Assembly (NCBI GenBank): GCA_051294905.1
Contig: CM119371.1
Span: 37,574,001-37,638,000, forward strand
Source: Botryllus schlosseri
Taxonomy: Eukaryota
Direction of reading: 5' to 3'
DNA length: 64,000 nucleotides
Part shown: positions 1 to 13,311 of the stretch, in pieces
How positions within the stretch are numbered: the stretch's first letter is position 1
How the letters are laid out: each line of letters begins with the position of its first letter
Translations under genes and position numbers: made by a program
Notes under the pieces: generated by a model
What the model saw: the letters and a program-made list of their open reading frames with translations, nothing else
Databases searched by the model: none
What the model was told of the DNA's origin: nothing

Positions 1-877
1 ATATCAAAATTCCATGTACCTGCTAGCCGTTGACTACTACTCCAGGGACATTGAGATTTGCATAGTCTCCAAAACAGTTAACGCAGCAGAGACGATTCTG
101 AAATTCAAGAAGATTTTCAGTAGGCATGGCATCTGCGAGACTTTGGTCACCGATGGAGCACCTATGTTCTCTTCCCGCGACTTTGCGTCATTTTGCGAAA
201 GCTGGAAAATTGAACATATCATGTCCTCACCTAGATATCCACAGGGGAACTCGGAGGCTGAGCGTGCCGTTCAGACCATCAAAAACCTCCTGCGAAAATG
301 TGACGATGAATATCTGGCGCTACTCACATACCGCAACACGCCATTGGCTATCAGCTACTCGCCAGCAGAATTGAGCATGGGCCGCAAACTAAGAACAAGA
401 GTACCGTGTCATCCAGACGATCTTCTGCCCAAGTCTGTCGACCGAACCGCCGTGAAGAAAGCTGAAGCAGATTACCGACGCAGAGTTACTCGTGATTACA
501 ACAAAAGACACAGAGTAGTACCTGGAGATGAGTTCAAGGTGGGAGATCGCGTCTGGATTCCGGACTGCAAATCGCAAGGTGTTGTGGAAAAACTTGACAC
601 TGACACTCAACCCAGATCGTTGGTTATCAGAACTGGGCGTGGCACCTTCAGAAGAAATCGCCGAATGGTGCGGAGATACCAGACGGAGAATGCCCCGCAA
701 GAAGGCGTCGACATTACCGCCAGTGAGGAAGCTGATTTCTTCAAATTTCCCGATCAGGGAGGAGATAGCAGTTCGAGCGCTACTAGTGTCGATCGTGATG
801 ACCATCATGTGGCGGCGATAGTCCGACGGTCGGATCGGAACAGAACCGCACCTCGCAGATACATCGAGGAGTACTGA
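1..877 (+). CDS. pol: Ty3/Gypsy LTR retrotransposon Pol, integrase C-terminal part (5' end outside window)
   Basis: rve DDE core: AVDYYSR...LVTDGAPMF...SPRYPQGNSEAERAVQTIK, followed by YRNTP..SPAEL.MGRKLRT and GDRVWI. The frame is intact to TGA at 877. Confidence 0.93.
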   Translation, partial: YQNSMYLLAVDYYSRDIEICIVSKTVNAAETILKFKKIFSRHGICETLVTDGAPMFSSRDFASFCESWKIEHIMSSPRYPQGNSEAERAVQTIKNLLRKCDDEYLALLTYRNTPLAISYSPAELSMGRKLRTRVPCHPDDLLPKSVDRTAVKKAEADYRRRVTRDYNKRHRVVPGDEFKVGDRVWIPDCKSQGVVEKLDTDTQPRSLVIRTGRGTFRRNRRMVRRYQTENAPQEGVDITASEEADFFKFPDQGGDSSSSATSVDRDDHHVAAIVRRSDRNRTAPRRYIEEY

Positions 878-1062
878 TGTAGTTATAGGAGTAGTGTGTG
901 TAAATATGTTGTGTTCTTCATTCACCTCTTGCCTGCCAATTGCTTCGTACCTTTGTACCGCTAACTGCCTCAATTCGGATTGTTTATTGTCTTCATTCTG
1001 TGCTTGCGTTGTATATGTTTGTGCTGCTTATAAGCATTTGTGCTTGTCCCCGAGAAGGGAGA

Positions 1063-1197
1063 TGTAGTGGTAGCTCTATGGCGCCACTAGGGTGTGACGA
1101 CATCGCAGGTGCTTCGGTGCTTGGTCGTCACTGAATACATGGCTGCTTGAGAACTCACGTCTCGTATATTAGACAGACCGTCAGTCACGTTACTACA
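1063..1197 (+). mobile_element. 3' LTR (135 bp) of the Gypsy element, preceded by polypurine tract
   Basis: PPT GAGAAGGGAGA at 1052-1062 abuts TGTAGT...ACTACA (6-bp inverted TG..CA termini). Confidence 0.85.
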
Positions 1198-1540
1198 AGT
1201 ATGTCGTGGGAGGCTTATTGATAGTACCCTCCGACAAATCGCTCTTGGAAAATGCTACCCATGGTAGCCGTATAATAATATAATTCGTCACTAATAAGGC
1301 ACACTGCGGACCAGGCACAGTGATTAGAGCACTTGAATCGAAATAAAATAAAAAATTCAATGATTCGAATCGAGCATTGATAGACGACGTTACGAGAACT
1401 GAAATTATACGCCCTTTCAACCAAAACTCGTGCAACCAAGGAGAATTTTAGTTTTGATGCATTTCTGTCAACAAGGAAGCCTTGAGACGACAACTGGTCG
1501 TATAACAGAGCCAAAGAAATGCAGCATAGTGCCATTGCAC

Positions 1541-1961
1541 CAGAGATGAGCGGATTTAAAATTTCTATGTCCTAATCCAATCCAAATCCAAACCTTCAAA
1601 TCCAAATCCTAATCTATAACTTTTTCATATTCAAGTTCATGTCCTATCCTAATCCGATTCCAACTTGAAATTCAGAAAAAATACTAATTTATGCAATGGA
1701 GGGATTCGAAAATTTTCTTTCACAACCAACGATACACTTGATTCAAGATAACTTAGTAACCATAAGTACATTAATAACTGATCTGAATAAAGTTTGTCGC
1801 CTTTCGCCACACGACATATCAATCTCCCGGAAAATAGGTAAATCCAATCCAAATCCTAATCCGTTCAGAAAAAAATGTCTAATCAAAATCCAATCAAAAT
1901 CCGACAAAATTTCATAAATTCTGTTTTTTCAAAACCTAATCCTAATCCATGCTCATCTCTG
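1541..1961. mobile_element. hAT-type MITE
   Basis: TIR CAGAGATGAGC/GCTCATCTCTG, perfect 8-bp TSD CATTGCAC, AATCC-rich subterminal repeats. A related decayed copy lies at about 7940-8790. Confidence 0.88.
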
Positions 1962-4823
1962 CATTGCACGCAAGCGGAAATGATGTATCGGAGAATTCGT
2001 CATCAACCCGCAGCATTGTCACAAAGCGCAATTTAATTTGTATGGTCGGAAAAATACCAAACTTTCTTTTTCCGTGTAGAGCTTGCATAATTTTCTTTCT
2101 ATTCGCATAAAAAAGGAAGTAGCCTACATAATTGAAATCCCGACGTCATCAATATTTTGACTTACTCGAAGCCTAAGCTCGATTCGGAATCCTATGACTC
2201 AGGTACTCCATTTCCCTATCGCCAGGTGCAATTTTCGAAACCCGATACATTCAATTGGCCAATCACTTAAGAGAGGATATGCCATTTCTCATCTACAAGC
2301 TCGTTGTACGGGTAGAAGTTGACGGAATAGCCTTCATTGAGCTGGGAGTAGACATTCCTAATTGTATCAAACTTCACTATATGCACGTGTAGTGTGCTCT
2401 GTAGAAATTTGGTGTTCTTTTCCGCGCTCATATAAATGCTTCTAATCTCGATGACCAGTTTTGTACAAACTAGAGGCACGATAGCAATTCTTGCGATAAC
2501 GGCGTGTCGAATAGAGTACAGCTACATCAAAACATGGCATTTTTGTTGTCGCTATTGTTCATCTATTCATTTTTTTCGTAATATGCTGGAGAAAAATATA
2601 TGAGAACATTTGATTGCATGTTTTAATGACTAATTCCGAGGCTAACAAGGCCCACGTCGCTTATCCTCTAATTCTTGTTGGAAAGGAACTGCGTATAACC
2701 GGCGCATGGAGCAAAGATCAAGCGTTATTTATGTTCACACTTGATAATGACAGAAACTCGCGAACAACAATCTAAACAACCATCTACTTAAGTGCATGTA
2801 ATTTATCGAGGCTTCTCGCCATGTCATTCGCGTGAACGGTGTCTTACAAAAGGCATACATCAGGAGTGTCCCGTAGTAAATGTCTACAGGTCGGGTGCAA
2901 TGTTCCCGCTAAGCAGCACGCGTGCGGCAGTCACGGCAGTCACTTCAGACAAGAAGCATACGTATTGTCATGAGTCTATTGTCAACCAAGTGTCCACTTC
3001 ACGTAGTCGGTGCATGACACTTGACGGGCTGTCGCAAGGCTATAATTATCCGCCAAAATAGGGAATGGAATACGAAACTTCAAGTAGTTGAAGCGAATGG
3101 ATATAATGCGCTACTCAATTAAATATCCATTGAATGCAATTTAAGTCTGCGCCAATGGTTGTCGCGTAATATAAACTATATTCAAATTCAATTAAAAATA
3201 TACAAGAGGTTTGGTTAAAGTTAGCGCCGGGCACCAATGACCACTGACCAGTCTATAGAACAAAATGGATACTTTGCCAGTATACTACTTTTCTACTACA
3301 TACGACTACGACAACGTACGCTGTAAGCTCTAATCACTTCGTTTGTGATCAATTTATTTGTGATAGAACAAGGGAGGCTCAGTAAAACGCAAAATCATAG
3401 AATGAATGAGATTGGTCGCTCTCACATGTCACACTAGCGTATCGAGAACCATCGAAACATATGCAAGATATACCGATTTTTATCGACACCCATTACTTGA
3501 TGACTTTAAATTGACTCGTAAATTTTGCTCCGAGTCACCAGTCAATCCACATTTTGAAATGCTGAGTAAAGTCAAGTAAAGTCATTTTTTGCAAAGTGAC
3601 TCGAGTCAAGTCATACGATAAAGGTGACTCGAGTCAAGTCATGAGATGACTCGTGTCATCCCAACATTGCGCCATACTCCAGAGTAAATGAAAACCTCAA
3701 CAAATAATGAACAAACGGAAAGTTTCAAACCCGCAGTTGGAAGAAATGTTTGCTAAGCTCTCTTTCCGCGTAATTTATCCTTAACCCGGTTCTAGTTACT
3801 CCCTGGCCTATCTCAAGGCTGTGGCACGCCTAACATTTATGCAACGAGTTTTATGGCCCGGAGAATGCCGAGGAACAAGAAGGAAGGTAGAGACGACACG
3901 TAAAATGTTCCCCTTTGTTCAAAAGATCGGTGCGTATAAGTTACGTGCCGAGAGGTCGATGCCATCACCGCTCGTGCCGCCGAGACACACCGGAGGGCAT
4001 CTCATATATTCGATAGCAGACTGCGCAAAATGTTTTCAAACGGGTGATGTGGTATGGTTCCTTATTAACCAGCTATCTCAACATGAAGGCACAGAACGTA
4101 AACATCTTGGAATTGGGCCACTATATATTTCCTGCTAATCGGTATTTAATTCAGCATCCACGTTTTTGAGAATTTATTAACTCTGATTCTAATCTAATAC
4201 CGACGAAAGGGTATAGTTATAATTGCAATTGTAATCTAATTTGGATAACGCGTAGTTCACCAATATGAAAAGTCACGGATGAGATTTTGAATTTGATCCA
4301 GGAGCCGAAAATTTTCACGGTTTCGCTTGAACATTTTTGTAAAACCAACCCGAGAATATGATACAGAGTTGAAATATGAAACGTTATCAGGGATCCTCTG
4401 ATAACAGAAATCAGGAATTGACTCAGATGTCACGAAATGGTTCTCAGTGAATGTTAAATGACTTCTTCCCAGAAGGTGGATCGAATTAGGTTGCCGTAGC
4501 TGCTCAATTATCGCGTCACTGAAGCGGATGGTAATCGTGCGCATTTGTTCAACTCAGAAAATATTCAGCTTTTGCTAATAAATTCGAATTAGAATAGGTC
4601 TACACAGCTTTTTTCAAATTAGATTAGGATTTAAATGACCGAATTCGCAAAAAACGCGGTAATTGAATTCACTTTCATTCACCTCAAATCAGAGATCATT
4701 ATCATAAGCACTGGAGTAATGGTTCTCAAAACTGGAGGGGGGACCAGCGAGAAATATTTTGGAACTCGGCATGACCTTAAATTGCGCTGAAACTTTCAAG
4801 AGATATTCCAAGTTATACTACAC

Positions 4824-6125
4824 CAGTGGTTCCCAACCTTTTTGTCTTCATTCCCCACTTCAGATTTATTCCGAGCCTTCATTCCCCATCAGGACCGTAA
4901 CAGCACTTCGTGAGAAAAATTGATATAATTCATTATTGAATCGGTTTATATGATCGGGAATTGCATATATTTTGCTATCAATTTTTATCCCCTCTCTGCT
5001 CACGTAATCAGATTTACCTGTAGAGCTGAGTGAGGTCTGTTGGCAAAGGTAGGACCCCTAAATTAAACATCTTCAGGCGGACCCGTTGGTATCTTGACTT
5101 CGTTACATTATACTGCTTCCTGCCCTCCTATATCTGTTATGTCAAGAGATATAGAAGTCGCCAAAACTAAAAGGCACACACGATTTCAAATTGGTATTGC
5201 TTTGCTGTCAAATATTTTTTTCCTGTGAGGCTCAGATCCCCAGGGCACCAACCATTCGGCGCCAGCCATTTAGCCATATATACATATTGTATATATATCG
5301 AAGTTTTCGGTCACCACAAGGGCATTCCTTCTCGGCCAAGGTCTGCTCGTTGCTGATCGTTCTGGCACACTTCTGGGAGTCGCATGTCACATGGCCTATA
5401 ACTTCATATGTCTTGGTGCGTCGTGGCGCAGTAATGACCGACGCCGAAGTCTCCATTTCTATAAATTCCATGTATATTCGTGGGGAAGGGTAGCCTACCC
5501 AATATTTAAGATATTTGGCATATCGGCATCATTAAATCGCGGACCCAGCGCGAAAAAAAATTTGAAAAAAGAGGCATAAATTTCCGAATAATTACTCTAT
5601 AATTTATGTTATTCCACGAAATAATTTTGGGCCCCTTCGAGCCCGCCCCCCCCTTCAATTGTGGAGTTTGTTGTGCGGCAGTTACGGTCCTGTTCCCTAC
5701 TACCCAACACTTTTGTCATCACAGAGCAGTTATTTGCTGGTTTGACTACACAAGACACACAACCACACCAGTACGCAAGACAATCGCCTATAACTGCAAC
5801 ACAAAACGTATTGTGAACCGATACCAATAACGCTCGAAATTTCGCGAAAGCGTTATTTCACGTCAAGCTAGTCGTGCTGGATGCGTTTGTGACGCCATCA
5901 TTGGCCATCCAGAGATAAAAATGAGATCTTGTGAACAACACGCAATATAATTTTTGATACATGCAATCCAGGGCAGTTAGCTGGTAACGGTAATTGCGCA
6001 TGTGTCTCCGTGAATATGTAGACTGTCCTGTAGGCCTATATAATTTTGGACGAATGGGTCTATTCCCCACCAGAAACCATTCGATTTCCCACCAGTGGAG
6101 AATTCCCACCGTTTGGGAACCACTG
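4824..6125. mobile_element. Non-autonomous hAT element with a nested element (4890-5692)
   Basis: TIR CAGTGGTTCCCAA/TTGGGAACCACTG, perfect TSD TACTACAC. Inner TIR CAGGACCGTAAC/GTTACGGTCCTG; the inner body recurs at about 49150-49840 and 39230-39720. Confidence 0.85.
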
Positions 6126-8872
6126 TACTACACCTTAAATATGATTGTATCAAAGACTTGGTAGCAATAATTTGGTGAGATGTTGTATCGTAATTCATCC
6201 TAAACGACGCGTATTTGACATAGAGACGACCCATTAGTAGCTGACAATCCGACGTAGTCCCGTGCACAGAATTGGCAACAAGATTCGTCTTACTGACGAA
6301 GCTTCCATCCGAGCTTCAAAGCACATAATTTGCGTTAATAAGCGTAGGCTACTTTGTTTCAAGACCCGCCCAGGAACATATGCGATGTATAATATTCGCT
6401 AGTCGTTTTGACGTTGCACTTAGGCATGGGAAAGCTGCATATATTCAATTGCGCAATTGATACTTTCAAGTCGTCAGCTGGCGCTATCGTGCAGCCAGTT
6501 GTATCAAGGCATTTACATTGCATGTACTTAACTCCTGCAATATAACTATTGACTATTTTTCCAATGTCCATCTACGTCTACGGAAATAGTAGATGATTAT
6601 TAAAAACCTTGACATTGCAGGCCTGTATAATAGTAAAATATTGAAATGACGATTCCCTATCTTCGCGTCTTCAACAATTGGCAAAGATGTGATAGTGGTT
6701 CGTCGGTTCGTTACTAGTTAGCAAAAATCTTCAGACGAATATCCGCGACAAAAAAAAAACTTTTAATTCCACCGCGGATACTTCTCATCACCAGATAATC
6801 GACAGGTATCTCGTGAAGTAGTAAGGAATGTCCGATTTGACCTCAAACCAGAGCTACTGTGTATCAAATGACTAGAAATCGTAAATGCCGCAATCGAAAA
6901 AGGTACGAAACCCCGACTGTTTTCTTGCAGTGGTACTACTGTTGGAAAGTAATATTTATCAGCAGGCAGTCAAAGAGTTCACGAAATATAATGAAGCTAA
7001 CAACGCCGCACACCGCAGTCAATTGCCTCCATATTCGTTACCCGAATCAGAATAAATATTGACTGCATAAGTAAAGTGCAATGACTTGAATCCCGATGAC
7101 TCGATAAGACTTGCTGCTCAGACGTAGCGACTTGTTTCCGACACTGGCGTAGGTAATCAAGAAGAAGTAGAAATGACGTCAGAAATTTCAACTAGAGAAA
7201 AATAGGTAATTCCGAGTATATAAAATGTGGGTATTCAAGACCTAGTTTTGTCGTAAAGACTGGGACGTAGAGGTCAAAGAGGTACAAAATCATAACAACG
7301 TGACTAATTCTGTTGCTACTTCTCTACTAGAGAAGGAGTAGAAGTAATGTCGTAAATTTATACACAGGTAGAAAAAGAATGGGCCGTTATAAATGGCCCT
7401 ATTTTTTATCTAACATCCTGAACATTAATAAAGTAGTAGTGGGTGTAGTCTAAAATCGTAACGGCATGAAGTGTAAGTATGTGCTAGTGTACTCTTAAAA
7501 AGTTGAAGCAAACTGCTGACGCCGTAACCTGTTTTTTTTTTCAGATTCACCATAAGCTGGTATCTCCCCTTCCTCATCTCCTCTTGACTCTCGATCAACT
7601 CAGTCAACGAGATATATTTTTTACGTTAGATATATTTTTATGACGAATAAACAATGCTTTCGGAAGATGTTTTGTCATCAAAAATATGAGTCGGTAATTT
7701 GGAAAGAAAGGAAAATTTATTCCATGAAATTTTATACTACGCAATAGCGTTAAAATCGAGCATCCGTGACTAAGAACGGTGTTACTCATATTTGCGAATG
7801 ACAGGATCCGGGTTTTGAAAACATTGAAATCCGGACCGTATTCGGAAATTCCTACATGTCTTTGCGTGTCACCTCGTCACCCGATACGAATCCGTCCAAA
7901 GTCATCAAATCAGTTTTTTAATCGAAAATCCTAACTCAGTTGGGATAAGCATCGATTTGAAAAATATATTTGATTATCTTGGACGGATTGATATCGGTTA
8001 TGGATGAACGGTGTCATCAAAATTGGAATTGGATTCGGACACGGATACAAATCTTTGCAGTTTTTCAATTTTCATTCAGCTTTCGAACAAATTTCACACA
8101 ATGTTGGATTCGGAGTTGGATTTAAACATAAGACTAGTTTACCACAGATTAAAAAGTATTTTTTAGTGCTGCAAAGGCAAAAAGCTGCATCATTGGTAAT
8201 CCCATAGCTGGCGACGCGGTGGTAAAATTTAATGAAACTGGCCTTAACAAAAACCTGATGTTGCACTGATTCCAAGGACACAAAATTAAAATAAGGTCAG
8301 GGCAGAAGGCCCGGGAATATCGCTCTGAAACTCATAAATATGCATTGCTTCGAGCAATCGGAGCGCCGCAACAAAATGACCATAACAATGACGTTGCAAT
8401 TGTTCAGAACAATGCTGATTTAGGGGTTCGAGGGTGATTGTAGGGTAATTCCATTTCCCAGGTAATTTCTACTTGATATTTTCGGAACCAGTATGACATT
8501 GGCTTTCTATTAAAACCAGTTTTATCAACTTTTGCGCGCTGTTCGCCAACTCTAAGGTTACCGTATCCGTTTAGGCAGCTACCAGTAGCCATCTAGAGCT
8601 CAACAGAGCACACTTTGTTCAAAATGGCGGCGTAAGTTGCGTTATTTAGCGTTAGTAGGAAGACAAAATAAATTATGGGTTTGGATTGGATTCGAATTTT
8701 TTCGAGCATAAGCCTACCAGATGTGACAGGACTGGAATCTATATTCAAGAACACGATTTGATTTCAAGATATGATATCCGCTCATCCCTAATAGACGCGT
8801 GATCGAATTGTTGAGTCTCGGCAGGCCATTAATTAATTGTTTCCAGGTAAAAGAGCAGTCACGCGATCATGG

Positions 8873-11800
8873 TTAAATGCAAATTTCGCACAAGTAACGG
8901 CGCTCCTCGACGTCGCAGGCTTCGAATTGCAGGCGATCCGCGTGGGCGCCATCCACGCGACCGCAAACCGGATCAGTATCGCCACTGGTGTCAGATATCA
9001 CCGGATAGAAGCCGGGGATAGTATTTGTCACGTCGATGCCATCCAATGGAGCGATGAACTCGGCGGTGCCGACGACTAGCAGGACCACAAAATATGAAAC
9101 CGTGCCGTCTACCCCTATCCAGAAAGTCAGTCCCACAGCATCGAGCGCTTTGATCAGAGCTCTGCAATATTTCATGAACATGTCTTGGAAGTCACTCCTT
9201 ACGCTGGTAGTTTAGAAATGTCTTGAAAAGCTATTTCAAAATTCTAGGTTTAGTCAGAATTCAAAAATTCCAATTTCCAATGTAAATTCCACTTTCAGTT
9301 AGGATGATATTCGCAAAGTCGATTCGACTGCTTCCTGAAGTAGATTTGACATGTGTTCGAAATCGATTTCGTAGTTTTAATTTGAATTATAGTTCTACAA
9401 TATAATATAGATATATATCTGACAAAATTATAATTTCTAAACTAAATTTCACTGATTGTAGAGTAGATGCTCACGGAGTCAGCTTTATCCTACTTTAAGT
9501 AGTATTGAGATGTGTTGGAAATGAATTTCTAAAGTTGAATCTAAATTTAAATCCAGCAAAATTAATTTCGAATCCAAATTCTACCGATAGTCAAGTAGAT
9601 GTTCACGGATCTGACTTCCTTCTGCTTCAAGTAGTTCCGAAATTTATAGGACATCGCTACTTTTTATTTGTAACTGAGTAGAAATTTACGGCGTTGTTTC
9701 TGCTTTTACTTGAAGTAGCCTCGACACGTCTACGAAATGGCTTTTAATTGTAATTGAGTAGAAAATCATGGCGTCAATTCTGCTTCTACTTGAAGTCGTT
9801 TTGACAAGTCTTGAAAGTCTTTACTTGAGGTTTTAATAGAGTAGAAATGTACAGCGTTGCTTCCAGTTTTAGTTGTATGTCAAATTTGACATACTTCGAC
9901 CATAAACGAGTAGAGTCGGGTTGGGGTTGTTCTCGTCAGTGCCAAAGACAACTTCTGGAGCAACCAGTTCCCACCACAGCTAAAAGTGTTCCGCCAGATT
10001 TACTCTTAGAAACTATACTTGATTGGGTCCATTATAGACCTCCATATTTTACTTTCACTGCAAATGGTTTGATCATGTTTTGGAAATGATTCGCCTATTT
10101 GTTATATGCGTTCAAGCAGTTCGTTGCGAATCAGTCAATGGGAAAATATGGGGAAATAAATCTCACTGTCTATCGGCCGTAGGCGCATTGAAACCGACGA
10201 CTGCGAGTCTGCCTCCCTCCGTTTCTTCACACTTGGCCTTGGCCTCGTTCCAGTTCAAAGTATCCGTGGATAAACGGTAGTAGCAATTATTATTGCCCAC
10301 TTGAGTCCAGCCAGCTAACGGGTTCTGAAGAAATCGGATCGGTGAATTGTTAACGAATAGTATAACGATAAATGTGTCATAGCAATTGATTACCGGTTTC
10401 GATTAAACAGAGTTTCAACATATCTTCATTATCCTTGTAGCAACTTCCAAATTAATGAATTGAAGTTCAAATAACTCCTGCTTTATCGAGTAGTTCTACT
10501 TTTCTTTGGAGATTACAAATAGCCGCACGACAAGTACAGAACTCAATTCTAGTGGTCCATTTTGAAAATCCGGTAGTTTTTACAACAGTCTGCGACCGAA
10601 TTTTAATTCTCAAATTGCAAGTTTTTTGAATCGCACTCCTTTTAGAGCAAATACCGTCTGTTAACAGAAGTGACTTGCTGCATTCAAGTCGTTTTTTAAA
10701 CTTCTAGCTCTTGGCCTTTACTGGATCATTGCATGTCAATTCGCAATATGCTTATTAAAATCATCTAATTTTTACTGTGTGTAATGCTATGTCTAACGCC
10801 GAAATTGCATCAGCCTGCAAGGACTTTTGACACATAGAATGGCTTATTTTTAAGAAAAGCAATATTGTCGAAATGAAATCAATTTCATTATTTTAAAATG
10901 CTTTGCCATGTGAACTACCGAGATCTGAAATTAGGTCGGGGGTGGCAGAACATCACTTTTAGGGCCGCATGTGAGCCGCGTGTTGATGACCTCTGCTATA
11001 CAAGATCTATTTTACATCAAAAATACAAGTTGTTTTCAATCATGGTAGTGAATATTGTCCATAAGCAATAGTGCCTTAAAGCCTTTAGTTCAATTCCGTA
11101 ACTCATCAACACCGATGCAATAATGTCATTTATTAACTTCTTCGGAATAAGAAAAACAGTGACGTATAAGACCGCTTGTCTTATACGTCACTGTTTTTCT
11201 TATTCGAAAGAAGTTAATAAATGTATTTGATGTAACAGAAAACTCAGGTTCCTGCGTTTCATTCGATCCTACAATTACAGAAACTGTTCCAACTAGACAT
11301 CACTTGATCGTGACTGAGACGATCAAACATTCGGTATTAGAGTTTTGTAGTGGATATCGCAGACAGGCCAGCAAGGCAAAGATGCCATACAATAATTACC
11401 AATTTAATCTTACCGGAGCTGCTGTGGTCGTTGACGCCATTGTCGTCGCAGCGGTTGTCGTTTTGGGTGTCAATGCCCCTGAAACAAATGACCGTTCCTT
11501 TATCAAAAATTGTCCTTAAACATCAGCTTGTTCAATGTTCACATTTCAAGCATATTTATTGTAATTGATGTCTCTTTATAGAATTGAATAGTATACTCAC
11601 ATTGAAATGATCCCGAATAATTTTCGGCTGACACTCGTCAGGGGTAAAGGTCAGCAAATAGTAGAGATTTGGAAAGAACTTTGTATTGTATATCAACAAT
11701 GGTGTCTTTAGTAAACTGACTTCATGCTGGTGACGTCATATTTTGAGATACGATTGTTGATATGCAATACTCTTTCAAATTCTCTACTAGTTGCTGACGA

Positions 11801-12324
11801 GTACCCCTGATGACTGTCAGCCGAAAATGTTCGCGTTTATTTCATTATGAATATAGGCTACTATTCAGTTATATATTGAAGTTCCGTACCTCAAAGAAGC
11901 TCTTCATAGAAATCAACAACTCACTCAAAAGTATGTATAAATGGAGAGGATTCCGAAGGTCGAAAAGCTTCCGTCGCCGAGGCTGAGGTGTATAATAATA
12001 TTGAGGAGGCGGGCTGTAGTCGGGACTGGTCTGGTTGCTGTTGTAGGGTATATATCCCTGGCTGGATAGGTTTTCATGCTCCGCCTGAAAAGTAAAAGAT
12101 TGTTTAAGGTACTTGCGATGATTGTGAACTATATTTGATGCAAAGAAACAAACGTGAACTAATAGCGCAGAGACTCACGTGTTGCGCTACCGGCTCTCTG
12201 CTTCCTGTTAGAATCAGAATCAGCAGATTTCAGAGTGTTTCATGAAATGGAATACAGAATATTTACCTTCAGAAGTGTAGGCGACGTGCACGTAAATTGC
12301 GAGGCAGAGAATTGCGATCTTCAT
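8873..12324 (-). CDS. Secreted C-type lectin-like protein, paralog 1 (6 coding exons, 251 aa, intact)
   Basis: Exons 12324-12267 (MKIAILCLAIYVHVAYTSE, signal peptide), 12204-12179, 12084-11925, 11478-11414 (Thr-rich), 10324-10167 (WTQVGNNNCYYRLSTDTLNWNEAKAKCEETEGGRLAVV) and 9161-8873 (FWIG...C...C..RRYLCEICI*). All introns are GT-AG with matching phases; 756 nt with no internal stop. Confidence 0.88.
9180..10100. repeat. Degenerate ~80-130 bp tandem repeat in lectin-1 intron 5
   Basis: GAGTAGAAAT...TCTGCTT(C/T)TACTTGAAGT anchors at 9461, 9594, 9676, 9756 and 9839. Confidence 0.6.
11127..11223. repeat. Near-perfect 46-bp-arm palindrome (5-nt loop)
   Basis: CATTTATTAACTTCTTCGGAATAAGAAAAACAGTGACGTATAAGAC / CGCTT / reverse complement with 2 mismatches. 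Confidence 0.9.
11583..11905. mobile_element. Inverted pair of Penelope-like pseudo-LTR ends in lectin-1 intron 3
   Basis: Two inverted copies of the 3' terminus also seen at 13510-13650 and 45970-46140. Each contains a hammerhead core. Confidence 0.75.
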
Positions 12325-12584
12325 CTCGAATTTACTAGCTATAAAATAAAGGTAGAGCTTCTTGGTGGTACAGAACTTCAATATGTAATTGAATAGTATA
12401 TTCATTTTGAAATGAACCCTAATGTTTTTGACTGACACTCGTCACTCGTCACTAGCATGTCCCAAGATTTATCAGTACACGTGCATCTCGGTCGGTGAAA
12501 AGCTCACCCTTAACTCATCCGCTCATGCTTGATGCTGAGCCATCAAAGGCCAAAAATTATGCCATCGGCAAACATCTGTTAGGT

Positions 12585-13311
12585 CAGGGCCGGCCAACCC
12601 GTGGCCCGCGGGTCACATGTGGCCCGCGGAAAGGTTTTGAGTGGCCCGCGAGGTAATATCCGAAATTTCGAATATCATCAAAAATCGATTGCACAGATTG
12701 TGATATTGCAATGCCAACCCAAAATTTGATTAGTCTGGCCGCAACACTTGAGATGTGATGACTGAAATATCAGTTCCGACGCATTGACAGATCCATCAGC
12801 CATTCACATATTGGTATATCTTCGTACACTACAATAAAGTAGAATAATTTGCGATATATCTATCAGAGGTAAATGTTTTCTACAAGCTTAGCGCAATAAT
12901 ATTGTCACTCGATTTCTTGTTTTTGATATTGTTGCCCTTTTGTGAAAATGGAAGAACACCTATAATGTATCAGATTGAGTCTAAACTATATTCGCGATTA
13001 CGAGACAAAGTTTCGTTCAACATATGCGACCTTGTGTTTTGCTCGCAGTAAGACCGTCGACTATGAAACCTTGGCACGAAATGATTGATGCGTGTTGGTC
13101 GCAGCTTTCGATATCGATATGTCCATGCGCCGAATAGCTCAGTCCTCGCAAACTTAGCCCAGCGATATACAGAAGGCCGGCAATATAGTCAAGTCACAAT
13201 ATTATTGACCCATGAACTTCAACAATTTTTCGCGCTTCGCGCGGATAGTGGCCCGCGCAAAAGTTAGTCAATCGAATGTGGCCCTTTGGCCGAAAAGGTT
13301 GGCCAGCCCTG
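12585..13311. mobile_element. hAT (Charlie-like) MITE nested in the Penelope fragment
   Basis: TIR CAGGGCCGGCCAACC/GGTTGGCCAGCCCTG, perfect TSD TGTTAGGT, GGCCCGCG subterminal motifs. Confidence 0.9.

Noticed and set aside
389..973. 194-aa minus-strand ORF
   Set aside because: Antisense shadow of the integrase; no motifs.
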